The notes under the pieces: generated by a model
Told to the model about the DNA's origin: nothing
Database searches by the model: none
Seen by the model: the letters and a program-made list of their open reading frames with translations, nothing else
Program-made: the position numbers and the translations under genes
DNA from: an uncultured Gammaproteobacteria bacterium
GTDB lineage: Bacteria; Pseudomonadota; Gammaproteobacteria; JAJDYQ01
Reading direction: 5' to 3'
DNA length: 64,000 bases
NCBI GenBank assembly: GCA_942491945.1
Contig: CALODD010000035.1
Coordinates: 4,110 to 68,109 of the forward strand
In this document: positions 18,717-27,682 of the stretch, piece after piece
Layout: each line of letters opens with the position of its first letter
Numbering within the stretch: position 1 is the first letter of the stretch

Positions 18717-19340
18717 TCAACAATCCGGATAGCCGCCAACTTTATTATTGCCACTCGCATCACTAGGGGGAGAGCAAAGGCTAACTCGACCTAGAGCATT
18801 CACTAGCACTCTAATTTCCCCGCCATCCTCGCCAGCTGCAGCATAATCGGACTGTAGTGTAATAGATCCTGCTGTAGCGGTACCTCGAACGTAACTAAAG
18901 GTTAGGTGAGCATTACTAGAGTAATCGAACGTAGAACCCGTCAAATTCACGCCTACGTAATCTTCATGTTCCATGCGGCGCAGTATATTTTCATCAGCGG
19001 CATCAGCAGCATCAGCATCACCATCATCCACCCGTAGTACGCATGCATTTGCTGCAGTATTTACTATCACATCGGGGTTACATGCAGCAGCTCCAGCAAT
19101 CATTCCAAGATCCCAATCTCGATTACCATCTCGATCAATACTAACGATTATATTCTGAGAGCGAGCCACTGCCTCTGAACGAGCAGACTGGAGTTCACCA
19201 TATAACCCTTCCGCACCCGCAATTAGACGTTTCTTATCAAAAAAGCCACCCAGATTAGGGAGTGCGAACGTAGCAACAATAGCTAGTATCGCCACAGTAA
19301 TCATGAGCTCCATTAGAGTAAAACCAGTATAGGCACGCAT
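18717..19340 (-). CDS. FimT/FimU (GspH-family) type IV minor pilin
   Basis: MRAYTG|FTLMELMITVAILAIVATFALPNLGGFFDKKRL... shows the typical GspH/FimT N-terminus. Confidence 0.75.
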   Translation of the reverse strand: MRAYTGFTLMELMITVAILAIVATFALPNLGGFFDKKRLIAGAEGLYGELQSARSEAVARSQNIIVSIDRDGNRDWDLGMIAGAAACNPDVIVNTAANACVLRVDDGDADAADAADENILRRMEHEDYVGVNLTGSTFDYSSNAHLTFSYVRGTATAGSITLQSDYAAAGEDGGEIRVLVNALGRVSLCSPPSDASGNNKVGGYPDC

Positions 19341-19507
19341 ATTCTTTCAATAAGCAATCTAGTGCGTTAATTATATGCTAGTTACTAACCGCTTGGCAGG
19401 ATTGTGAGCACCGATCATCCGAAAAAATATACATTCCATCTGCTTCACGGTAGCATTGGCACAATATGCAAATTAAAACTAGCCCACACCCATACGGAAC
19501 ATACAAG

Positions 19508-19996
19508 ATGAGCACTCGTGCATACGCTAAAGGATTCACACTAATTGAGCTAATGATAGTAGTAGCAATCATCGGGATACTAGCCTCAATTGCAACTCCC
19601 GCATACAACTCTTACGTACAAAGAGCTAAACGAACCGATGCAACAACTGCACTAAGCCAAATTCAGCTTACGCAAGAAAAACTACGAGCTAACTGCCGAT
19701 ATTACGGCCTTGAGGGCGCTTCGAGCAGCTGCGGCGCAAACGCTGCTGCAACCACTGTATCTGTAGCTGACTCAGATGCTGGCACCGCTGGCTACCAGAG
19801 TCCAGAAGGACACTACACCCTTGATATTTCTAGCAACAGCGGCACCGCATATACTGCAACAGCAACTGCTTCATCTACATCACAATTGGGAGATACGGAT
19901 TGTCGTGTATTCACATTAAAAATAGAGCCAGCTAACCCGCAAGGCGAAAAAACCAGTACAGATAGTGGCGGAAGTGCCTCAACGAATTGCTGGTAA
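19508..19996 (+). CDS. PilE-like type IVa pilin
   Basis: MSTRAYAKG|[36 protein letters not shown]. The C-terminus has a Cys pair (disulfide loop). The first ATG giving a short leader is at 19508. Confidence 0.8.
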   Translation: MSTRAYAKGFTLIELMIVVAIIGILASIATPAYNSYVQRAKRTDATTALSQIQLTQEKLRANCRYYGLEGASSSCGANAAATTVSVADSDAGTAGYQSPEGHYTLDISSNSGTAYTATATASSTSQLGDTDCRVFTLKIEPANPQGEKTSTDSGGSASTNCW

Positions 19997-20587
19997 TCAC
20001 CAACTGCAACTTTTCGTTGGATATCCTGCAACGTGACCATCACCTGAGGGCGAACACATTCGGATTCTACCCAGCAGCCCGGTTACCACTTTTAGACGGT
20101 AGCCGGACTCTGACTCAAGTTTTACGCTTCCAGCCTTAGCTGTTCCACGGACATATTTAAATTTTGCTTCATCAGAGCCAAAGGTAACATTACTCACACT
20201 GACTCCAGTGTAGTCATTACTCACGACTTTATACTGCACGTAGTCATCTGAATCCAAAACCCCGTCACCATCATCAATGATGATATAACAGGGGTTACTA
20301 TCTACCATTGCATGGTCAGGATTGCATCCAGATGTTTGACTAATCACCGCTACCCACTCGGTCGAACCACTGATCTCGAAATCCACATACGTGTCGGCTG
20401 AAGTAGCAATCGCGTGCGCACGAGCTAATTGCAAATAGCCATATATTGCTTCACCTGCAGCAATTAAATGACGCTTTTCGAAATAACTATTGAGGTTAGG
20501 AACTGCTATCGCCACGAGCATCGATAGAATCGAAATCGTCATCAATAACTCGATTATTGTGAACCCCGCATACAAATAATGTCGCAT
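19997..20587 (-). CDS. second FimT/GspH-family minor pilin (paralog of 18717..19340)
   Basis: GGAGGG precedes the ATG at 20587. The product starts MRHYLYAG|FTIIELLMTISILSMLVAIAVPNLNSYFEKRHL. Its C-terminus (LGRIRMCSP...GYP) parallels the other copy (LGRVSLCSP...GYP). Confidence 0.75.
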   Translation of the reverse strand: MRHYLYAGFTIIELLMTISILSMLVAIAVPNLNSYFEKRHLIAAGEAIYGYLQLARAHAIATSADTYVDFEISGSTEWVAVISQTSGCNPDHAMVDSNPCYIIIDDGDGVLDSDDYVQYKVVSNDYTGVSVSNVTFGSDEAKFKYVRGTAKAGSVKLESESGYRLKVVTGLLGRIRMCSPSGDGHVAGYPTKSCSW

Positions 20588-20638
20588 AATCCCTCCGGAC
20601 AACCCAGAGAAATCATGCGGCATTTAATCCATTAATTA

Positions 20639-20658
20639 TACTGTAATATATTATAGTT
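20639..20658. promoter_or_regulatory. SOS-box-like palindrome (TACTGT-N8-ATAGTT)
   Basis: The sequence TACTGTAATATATTATAGTT has a perfect left half of the gammaproteobacterial LexA consensus CTGT-N8-ACAG, while the right half reads ATAG. It overlaps TATAAT-like hexamers upstream of the minus-strand gene 19997..20587. Confidence 0.3.
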
Positions 20659-20697
20659 TTTAGTAATACTCCTGCGATTTAATAGAGTATTTACAGT

Positions 20698-21726
20698 CTA
20701 AGCTTCAACAGTTTCAACTTCTGCACTATCTGCAGGCTCTATACCCAGCAGTTTTTGTCGCAGTGCCGCGTCCACTTCCTCAACTATTTCAGGATGCTCT
20801 TTCAGGTACTGACGGACATTTTCTTTACCCTGACCGATACGATCTTCACCATAGCTATACCAGGCGCCTGCTTTCTTGATAAGACCATGCTCAACGCCGA
20901 GGTCAATAATCTCGCCCAGGAACGAAATACCTTCGCCGTAAAGAATTTCAAAAGTCGCGATCTTGAATGGCGGCGCCATTTTATTCTTAACCACTTTCAC
21001 CTTCGTATCGTTACCGACAATTTCATCACCTTTCTTGATTGCACCAGTACGGCGAATATCTAACCGAACCGACGCGTAGAACTTCAGTGCGTTACCACCA
21101 GTGGTCGTTTCAGGATTGCCAAACATTACACCGATCTTCATACGAATCTGGTTAATGAAAATCACCATCGTGTTAGAGCGCTTGATATTTCCCGTGAGCT
21201 TACGCAGCGCCTGCGACATGAGACGGGCCTGCAGACCCATATGCGAATCACCCATCTCACCTTCAATTTCTGCCTTCGGTGTTAGGGCCGCAACTGAGTC
21301 AATCACGACCAGATCAACCGCCCCAGAGCGCACCAGCATGTCGGTAATCTCCAGGGCTTGCTCACCGGTGTCCGGCTGAGACACCAATAAATCATCAATC
21401 GAGACATTAAGCTTTTCTGCATAACTCGGGTCTAGCGCATGTTCGGCATCGACAAATGCCACGGTTCCGCCCTGCTTTTGCGCCTCAGCAGCTACCTGCA
21501 ATGACAATGTTGTTTTACCGGAAGATTCAGGGCCGTAGATCTCGATAATCCGCCCCTTCGGTAAACCACCGATTCCCAGCGCCACATCCAGTGCCAGTGA
21601 GCCCGTCGGAATCACCTCAATATCAGTCGCTTTGCCATCACCCATACGCATCACAGAACCCTGGCCAAACTGCTTTTCTATCTGAGAGAGCGCTGCGGCG
21701 AGTGCTTTTTGTTTTTGATCTTCCAT
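20698..21726 (-). CDS. recA: recombinase RecA
   Basis: 342 aa with the Walker A motif GPESSGKTT. Similarity to RecA is unmistakable along the full length. AGGAGG lies 7 nt upstream of the ATG. Confidence 0.97.
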   Translation of the reverse strand: MEDQKQKALAAALSQIEKQFGQGSVMRMGDGKATDIEVIPTGSLALDVALGIGGLPKGRIIEIYGPESSGKTTLSLQVAAEAQKQGGTVAFVDAEHALDPSYAEKLNVSIDDLLVSQPDTGEQALEITDMLVRSGAVDLVVIDSVAALTPKAEIEGEMGDSHMGLQARLMSQALRKLTGNIKRSNTMVIFINQIRMKIGVMFGNPETTTGGNALKFYASVRLDIRRTGAIKKGDEIVGNDTKVKVVKNKMAPPFKIATFEILYGEGISFLGEIIDLGVEHGLIKKAGAWYSYGEDRIGQGKENVRQYLKEHPEIVEEVDAALRQKLLGIEPADSAEVETVEA

Positions 21727-21778
21727 TTCATTGCCTCCTGTGGCGATTATCTTTTCCGCCTCCTGGCGGGATAACTGA

Positions 21779-21807
21779 AATGTAGTTTATACTTTTTATT
21801 ATGTCAA
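21779..21807 (-). promoter_or_regulatory. putative sigma70 promoter of recA
   Basis: On the minus strand: TTGACA (21807..21802), a 17-nt spacer, then TACATT (21784..21779), about 53 nt upstream of the recA ATG. Confidence 0.45.
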
Positions 21808-21834
21808 TACTTTTTATCATACATATACTTTTTA
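21789..21834. promoter_or_regulatory. three exact direct repeats ATACTTTTTA at 18-bp phasing (candidate operator)
   Basis: Exact 10-mers occur at 21789..21798, 21807..21816 and 21825..21834. The first lies in the promoter spacer, the second overlaps the -35 hexamer and the third is upstream of it. All sit in the recA / WYL-regulator divergent intergenic region. Confidence 0.5.
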
Positions 21835-21900
21835 CCACCAAAAGACTTTATATTTAGCTCCATATTGAGAATAATCCATCTGAATAACTGCGGTATAAGA

Positions 21901-22797
21901 ATGGAAATACGAATGGCCGATATAAAGACACAACAGGACATCAAGTGGAATACGCGCCAGCGGCTGCAATATATCGAGATTATGGCCTGGTATACCGGCG
22001 TCGTGAGCAGAAGCGACCTAGCCCGTACCTTTGGTCTATCCGACCCGGCCGCAACCAAGAACCTCAAATTATATAGCGACCTGGCACCGAAAAATCTGAT
22101 TTACCAGCAGAGTGTCTTTGGCTTTGTTCCCAGTGATAGCTTTGTTGCTATGTTTGCGGATTTATCACCCCAGGTCGCACTGCCATTGATGGCCGATAAT
22201 CGAGCGATCATAAGCCAGCCATTCGGTGAGATGCCGGTCTACGGCATTCCAACAGCACAATTACCACTACCCGCACGTTATCCAACTCAAGATATACTCG
22301 CACAACTGACCAGAGCGATTCGGCATCAACGCAAGGTAGAGGTCAGCTATCACTCACTATCTGGCAATACTGAACCACGGATTATCGAACCTCATTCACT
22401 GGTAAATAACGGCCTGCGCTGGCATCTACGTGCGTACAACAATCAGAGTTTCGATTTCAGAGACTTTGTACTGGCACGTGTTAGCACAGCTCAAATGCTG
22501 GATGAGCCGATGGAATCAGATGCACTGTACGATGAGGATTGGACCGACACCGTCGTTATTCAGCTATCGCCCCACCCTGGACTCAACGAACAAAAGCAAC
22601 TGGGCTTAAAACTGGATTATCAGATGCAAGGAAATATCCTGGAAATTGAAGTACGCCGCGCATTGGCAGGCTACCTGCTACAACGCCTTTCGGTTGATAC
22701 AACGGCAGATCACCATTTAAATGCAGACGCGTATCAGCTGATCGTTGCCAACCGAGATGAAATTGAGCCTTACTGTGGCTGGGTTTTCAGTAATTAA
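21901..22797 (+). CDS. wHTH + WYL-domain transcriptional regulator
   Basis: The N-terminal HTH-like region reads RQRLQYIEIMAWYTGVVSRSDLARTFGLSDPAATKNLKLY. The WYL-type core reads RIIEPHSLVNNGLRWHLRAYNNQSFDFRDFVLARV. The first ATG is at 21901; the track ORF starts at a TTG at 21865. Confidence 0.65.
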   Translation: MEIRMADIKTQQDIKWNTRQRLQYIEIMAWYTGVVSRSDLARTFGLSDPAATKNLKLYSDLAPKNLIYQQSVFGFVPSDSFVAMFADLSPQVALPLMADNRAIISQPFGEMPVYGIPTAQLPLPARYPTQDILAQLTRAIRHQRKVEVSYHSLSGNTEPRIIEPHSLVNNGLRWHLRAYNNQSFDFRDFVLARVSTAQMLDEPMESDALYDEDWTDTVVIQLSPHPGLNEQKQLGLKLDYQMQGNILEIEVRRALAGYLLQRLSVDTTADHHLNADAYQLIVANRDEIEPYCGWVFSN

Positions 22798-23308
22798 ACC
22801 CCCAATCAGCCAGAACATCATATATAGGCCCAGCTGACCTCAATCGTGATTCGACTAACGAAAAACCATTTACTCGCCAGTGAATCGGCACGATCTCATG
22901 CGTCATGATTGATGAGGCATCCGCTCGCCGCGCCATCGTCACGTGTGGTTTATAAGCTCGTTTCTCTCGTGCAATACCAACCACCGATAAGGCATGTTGA
23001 AGGTCAGCCTGCAATACCATTAACTCATCGATCGGTTTTGATGGATGCAATCCGACAATACCCGTCTTTGTCCAGCTGAAGACCTCATCTATAACCACTT
23101 CAAACGACCTCGCTACCACGCCATCTGCAGCCAATCCGATCGCATCCATCATGTCATCGGGCTGATCCCCAAGGAATGACAGCGTCATATGAAAGTTATC
23201 TGAATTAACCGGATGCTCAAAAATACCCAGCTGTCGTTGCCCCAAGGCCAATGCCTGACGAATTTCGGCATCTGGCCAAAGAGCGAAGAACAAGCGCCTT
23301 TTCTTCAT
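22787..23308 (-). CDS. thpR: RNA 2',3'-cyclic phosphodiesterase ThpR/LigT (2H phosphoesterase)
   Basis: 173 aa with two HxT/S motifs (HMTLSFLG and HVTMAR). Confidence 0.8.
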   Translation of the reverse strand: MKKRRLFFALWPDAEIRQALALGQRQLGIFEHPVNSDNFHMTLSFLGDQPDDMMDAIGLAADGVVARSFEVVIDEVFSWTKTGIVGLHPSKPIDELMVLQADLQHALSVVGIAREKRAYKPHVTMARRADASSIMTHEIVPIHWRVNGFSLVESRLRSAGPIYDVLADWGFNY

Positions 23309-23781
23309 TCGCTAATAAATCTCAGCAAACCCGCCAATGCATAATCTGCTGCCGCCCCACGTACTGCTTCTCGATCCCCATCAAAATGCTGCGCCTCTTC
23401 CTCTACACGATCTGCTGCTGCCCAGGCGAACCAGACTGTGCCAACCGGCTTCTCGTCAGTTCCACCATCAGGACCAGCAATACCGCTGATCGCTATCGAT
23501 AGATCGGCATGACTTTTTTTAATCGCCCCGGCAGCCATCTCATGAACGGTCTCACAGCTCACCGCACCATGGCTATCCAGTATCTGTGAACTAACTCCGA
23601 GCATCTCGACTTTGGCTTCATTGCTGTAGGTCACAAAGCCTCGCTCAAACCAGGCCGAACTTCCGGCCTGATCTGTTAGCAGCTTTGCTACAAGCCCAGC
23701 AGTACATGATTCCGCGGTCGCGACTTTTAAATCTCGCTTCAGCAATTGCTGGCTTAGTTTATTGATCGTGCTAGCACTCAT
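23305..23781 (-). CDS. pncC: CinA C-terminal-domain protein / nicotinamide-nucleotide amidohydrolase PncC
   Basis: Contains ATAESCTAGLVAKLLTDQAGSSAWFERGFVTYSNEAK. The likely start is MSASTINK at 23781. It overlaps thpR by ATGA. Confidence 0.85.
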   Translation of the reverse strand: MSASTINKLSQQLLKRDLKVATAESCTAGLVAKLLTDQAGSSAWFERGFVTYSNEAKVEMLGVSSQILDSHGAVSCETVHEMAAGAIKKSHADLSIAISGIAGPDGGTDEKPVGTVWFAWAAADRVEEEAQHFDGDREAVRGAAADYALAGLLRFISE

Positions 23782-23858
23782 TGCATTATCTCTAAATATT
23801 CTAACCCTCGGCATCGGCTTTCGCCTGTATTCTTGTATAATCGCGCCGCATTCACATC

Positions 23859-24722
23859 ATGTCACTCCCTATGTTCAGCGTCTTTCTGCAAACCATACTG
23901 CCACACCACCTGCTATCGCGCATCATGCTGCGATTTTTACGGTTACGTGTGACGTGGCTAAAAAACCTGCAAATAAAATTTGTGATCAACAAATTTAACG
24001 TCGATATGTCGCAGGTTGAAAACCCGGACATTAATTCTTTTGAACACTTTAATGCCTTCTTCACACGCGCCATGAAGGCTGATGCTCGTCCCGTTAATGA
24101 GCCTGATAACACGAATAAATACTGCAGCCCAGTAGATGGCAGAGTCAGTCAGTTCGGTGATATCAATAACGATAATCTCATGCAGGCTAAAGGCATTGAC
24201 TATTCCCTACTGGAACTTGTCGGCGGCAAACAGGATCTTGCTGAGCAGTTCTCAGGTGGTCACTTCAGTACGATTTATTTATCACCTCGCGATTACCATC
24301 GCATTCATATGCCCGCAGGTGGCACATTAAAGTCTATGACTTATGTACCCGGCCGACTTTTTTCAGTTGCCGATAAACTAGTACAGAACTTACCAAATCT
24401 GTTCAATCGCAATGAGCGTGTTGTCTGTATATTCGATACCGACAACGGCCCTCTGGCAGTAATTCTGGTTGGCGCTATCTTTGTTGGCTGTATGGATACG
24501 GTCTGGGCGGGCACCGTTTCTCCACCTCACCGCAGTTCGGTAGAACGTACCGATTACGACAACGAGACTGCACCAACATTAAACAAGGGCGAAGAAATGG
24601 GACGCTTCAACATGGGGTCAACTGTCATCCTTCTATGGCCTGACCAGGGTATGAACTGGGCGGAAGATTTTACTGTCGGCGCATCGGTGAAAATGGGGAA
24701 GCATATCGCTGAACGTACTTAG
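23859..24722 (+). CDS. psd: phosphatidylserine decarboxylase proenzyme
   Basis: Contains LSPRDYHRIHMP and the FNMGSTVILL self-cleavage (G-S) site. Confidence 0.9.
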   Translation: MSLPMFSVFLQTILPHHLLSRIMLRFLRLRVTWLKNLQIKFVINKFNVDMSQVENPDINSFEHFNAFFTRAMKADARPVNEPDNTNKYCSPVDGRVSQFGDINNDNLMQAKGIDYSLLELVGGKQDLAEQFSGGHFSTIYLSPRDYHRIHMPAGGTLKSMTYVPGRLFSVADKLVQNLPNLFNRNERVVCIFDTDNGPLAVILVGAIFVGCMDTVWAGTVSPPHRSSVERTDYDNETAPTLNKGEEMGRFNMGSTVILLWPDQGMNWAEDFTVGASVKMGKHIAERT

Positions 24723-24724
24723 TA

Positions 24725-26590
24725 CTAAGTAGTACCCGGTGTAGCTTCTTCTCCATCTGCATTCGATTCTTCAACGTCAGGCTTTGGCGTTTTCGTTAAT
24801 ACCACCGGGTCGACATAGAAGTTCAGCGGGCATTCGCCCGGGCAATTCTTCTCACATTGATCATTATCGATGATATTTTGCCAACAATAGGTCAATGCCT
24901 TAGTACGGGTTCGATAGAGTGTTTTACCACCCACCATTTCGGTCAATCCCATTTTATTGAAGATATCAACTAACGGCGCTTTATTACGCGCAAACACCAT
25001 TTCAATACCCAACTTATCCAGGCGGGTAATCAATTCATGCAGCATTTCTTCACCGGTTGAATCAATCTGATTAATGCCTTCCGCATCAATCAATACGTAT
25101 TTTAAATTAGGCTTTACAGCGATACGTTCCAGTACCCGATCTTCAAAATAGCCTGAATTCGCGAAATAAAGCGAGCCATCAAAACGCATCACAGAGATAT
25201 GATCACAGGTATTGAGGATATGCGCCTCAGCATCGCGCAGGGTATCGTCCTTATGCCGGGAAAGTATCGCCATACGTGGCCGCATGGTTCGCCACACGTA
25301 GAGTCCAAGCGATAACATCACACCAACCAGCATTCCCTTATCCAGATGTGGCGCCATAGCGATCGTCAAAATAAAAGTAACCACAGCCACAATGGCATCG
25401 TGTGGCTGCACCCGCCACGCATGCACTACCGAATCAATACGAATCAATTTAATCACCGCCATAATAATCACGGCGGCTAACGTCGCCTGCGGTAGGTGGT
25501 ATAGCAGCGGCGTAAAAAATAACAATGCCACGCCAACCATGAGACCGGTCACTACCGAAGAAAACCCAGTTACCGCACCATTCTCAATATTTACTGCAGA
25601 ACGAGAAAATGAACCAGATACCGGATAACTTTGTGAGAAAGAACTAACGACATTTGCGACTCCCTGACCCAATAGCTCCTGATTTGCATCGAGTCGCTGT
25701 CGAGTTCGGGCCGCCATGGCCTTGGCAATAGAAATTGCTTCCATAAAGCCAACCAGTGAAATCACTATGGCCGCACTCATTAACTGAGCTGCAACCGACC
25801 AGTCAATTGTCGGGAATGCCATGGAAGGTAAACCCTCAGGTACAAAACCAACAATCGCCCCGCCCTTTTCAGAGAAATTCAGCAGGTAAGAGAGAATCGT
25901 AGTAAAAGCTACTGCGATCAGAACACTGGGAATACGGGGGTAATGTTTCGCCAGATACCACATGATCAATATCGATATAATCGCCATCGCCAGCGTTGGC
26001 CAATGCGTACTTTCAAACACCGCCTGCGTTACGCGCCAGATGGTTTCATAATAGTGTTCAGCACGCTCCACATTGACGCCAAACAACTTGCTCATCTGTG
26101 ATGTGGCGATAATCAAGGCCGCTGCATTGGTAAAACCCATCACTACGGGATGCGACAGAAAGTCGACTAACTCACCCATACGAAACAACCCAAGCAACAG
26201 CTGAAACACGCCCACCATTAATGCCAGCATGATGGCATAAACGATATAACCATCGGGATTCTGAGTAGCTATTGGCTCTAATGCTGCAGCGGTTAGCAAA
26301 GAGACAACAGCAACCGGGCCGGTTTGTAACTGACGAGAAGAACCCAGGAGGGCCGCGATTAAAGGCGGTAAGAAAGAAGCATATAAACCATAGTGAGGTG
26401 GCAGACCTGCCAGCTGAGCATAAGCCATAGACTGGGGGATAAGCACCATCGCCACAGTCAGGCCCGCTAAAACATCCTTACGCAGGACTTGCGGATCTTT
26501 TAACTCACCTATCCACCCCTTAAACGGGACGAACATTCCTCCAAGCGCCATCAAAGACTTCTTAATGGTTTGCATGAATGTCGATCTCAT
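24725..26590 (-). CDS. SulP-family anion (sulfate) permease with STAS domain and Cys-rich C-terminal tail
   Basis: Contains the SulP signature LIPQSMAYAQLAGLPPHYGLYAS, multiple TM segments and a C-terminal STAS-like region. The last ~55 aa contain C-x10-C-x3-C-x3-C. Confidence 0.9.
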   Translation of the reverse strand: MRSTFMQTIKKSLMALGGMFVPFKGWIGELKDPQVLRKDVLAGLTVAMVLIPQSMAYAQLAGLPPHYGLYASFLPPLIAALLGSSRQLQTGPVAVVSLLTAAALEPIATQNPDGYIVYAIMLALMVGVFQLLLGLFRMGELVDFLSHPVVMGFTNAAALIIATSQMSKLFGVNVERAEHYYETIWRVTQAVFESTHWPTLAMAIISILIMWYLAKHYPRIPSVLIAVAFTTILSYLLNFSEKGGAIVGFVPEGLPSMAFPTIDWSVAAQLMSAAIVISLVGFMEAISIAKAMAARTRQRLDANQELLGQGVANVVSSFSQSYPVSGSFSRSAVNIENGAVTGFSSVVTGLMVGVALLFFTPLLYHLPQATLAAVIIMAVIKLIRIDSVVHAWRVQPHDAIVAVVTFILTIAMAPHLDKGMLVGVMLSLGLYVWRTMRPRMAILSRHKDDTLRDAEAHILNTCDHISVMRFDGSLYFANSGYFEDRVLERIAVKPNLKYVLIDAEGINQIDSTGEEMLHELITRLDKLGIEMVFARNKAPLVDIFNKMGLTEMVGGKTLYRTRTKALTYCWQNIIDNDQCEKNCPGECPLNFYVDPVVLTKTPKPDVEESNADGEEATPGTT

Positions 26591-26691
26591 TACGCCACCA
26601 TCTAAGACCTGTTTGTCACAGGCCCTATCCTAGCTAGTTATTTTATTATGAGCTTATGACTGCTCACTTATAACAACATAGTATCGCGAGA

Positions 26692-27645
26692 TTAACTGTC
26701 TGTCACATCCTGCCACGCAAACGCCATGGTATTTGATATTGCAGATTGATTTCGCGCCAGCATGAGTAATCGATCAACACCAAGTGCAACCCCGGAAGTC
26801 GATGGCATGGCATCGATAGCCGATAAAAATTTCTCATCCAATGGTATCTCCGCTTGCCCATTAGCCTTGCGTTGCATATTTTCAGCCTCAAAGCGTTCTC
26901 GCTGCTCGCGGCTATCCGTCAGTTCTTCAAAGCCATTCGCAATTTCAATACCATCGATATACAACTCAAAGCGTTTCGCAACGTCAGGGGTTACGGCATC
27001 AATTCGTGCCAGAGACGCCTGCGATGCAGGATAGTCATAGATGAAACTGATACTACCCTGCATCTGTGGTTGAATCACACAGGACAACAGCCAGTCGATA
27101 GCCACATCCCAGCCATCATTTTGAACAACTGGACATTGTAATTGGTGTTGCTGGCAATACTGATTTATAGCATCCCAATCTTCTTTAAGTGGATTGATGT
27201 TAACGGTGCTTTCAAATAATGACTGGTAACTTATCGTCTGAACATCAATATTTTTACCCCATAACACCTGAACCAGATCAGCGACTTCGGTCATCAATTG
27301 CGCCTGATCGAATCCCGGCCGATACCATTCCAGTAATGTAAATTCAGGGTTATGTAAGCGACCACGTTCATCATCACGAAACACTCTGCTGAGCTGGTAA
27401 ATCGCCCCACTACCTGCAGCCAGCAGGCGCTTCATATAAAATTCAGGGGATGTTTGCAGATAGTAGGTTTGTTTTTGAAAGCAGGTTTTCAAGCTTTCTA
27501 TATGAGGGTCAGGGATGGTTGAAGGCGCAAGTACTGGCGTTTCAACTTCCAGTACATCACGCTCATCGAAGAACTGTCGAATGGACTTTAACCATGCTGC
27601 GCGGATGCGCAGCATGTCGATTGATGCATCAGGCTGCCAGGACAT
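26692..27645 (-). CDS. epmA: EF-P--(R)-beta-lysine ligase EpmA (PoxA/GenX)
   Basis: 317 aa, class II LysRS-like catalytic core without an anticodon domain. Adjacent to efp. Confidence 0.85.
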   Translation of the reverse strand: MSWQPDASIDMLRIRAAWLKSIRQFFDERDVLEVETPVLAPSTIPDPHIESLKTCFQKQTYYLQTSPEFYMKRLLAAGSGAIYQLSRVFRDDERGRLHNPEFTLLEWYRPGFDQAQLMTEVADLVQVLWGKNIDVQTISYQSLFESTVNINPLKEDWDAINQYCQQHQLQCPVVQNDGWDVAIDWLLSCVIQPQMQGSISFIYDYPASQASLARIDAVTPDVAKRFELYIDGIEIANGFEELTDSREQRERFEAENMQRKANGQAEIPLDEKFLSAIDAMPSTSGVALGVDRLLMLARNQSAISNTMAFAWQDVTDS

Positions 27646-27682
27646 CGTTGTATAGACGTGTTCTGACTTCTTTCGCTAATTG

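Noticed and set aside
21727-21900. A canonical LexA box (CTGT-N8-ACAG) upstream of recA
   Set aside because: I searched both strands by eye and found no match, only the phased direct repeats.
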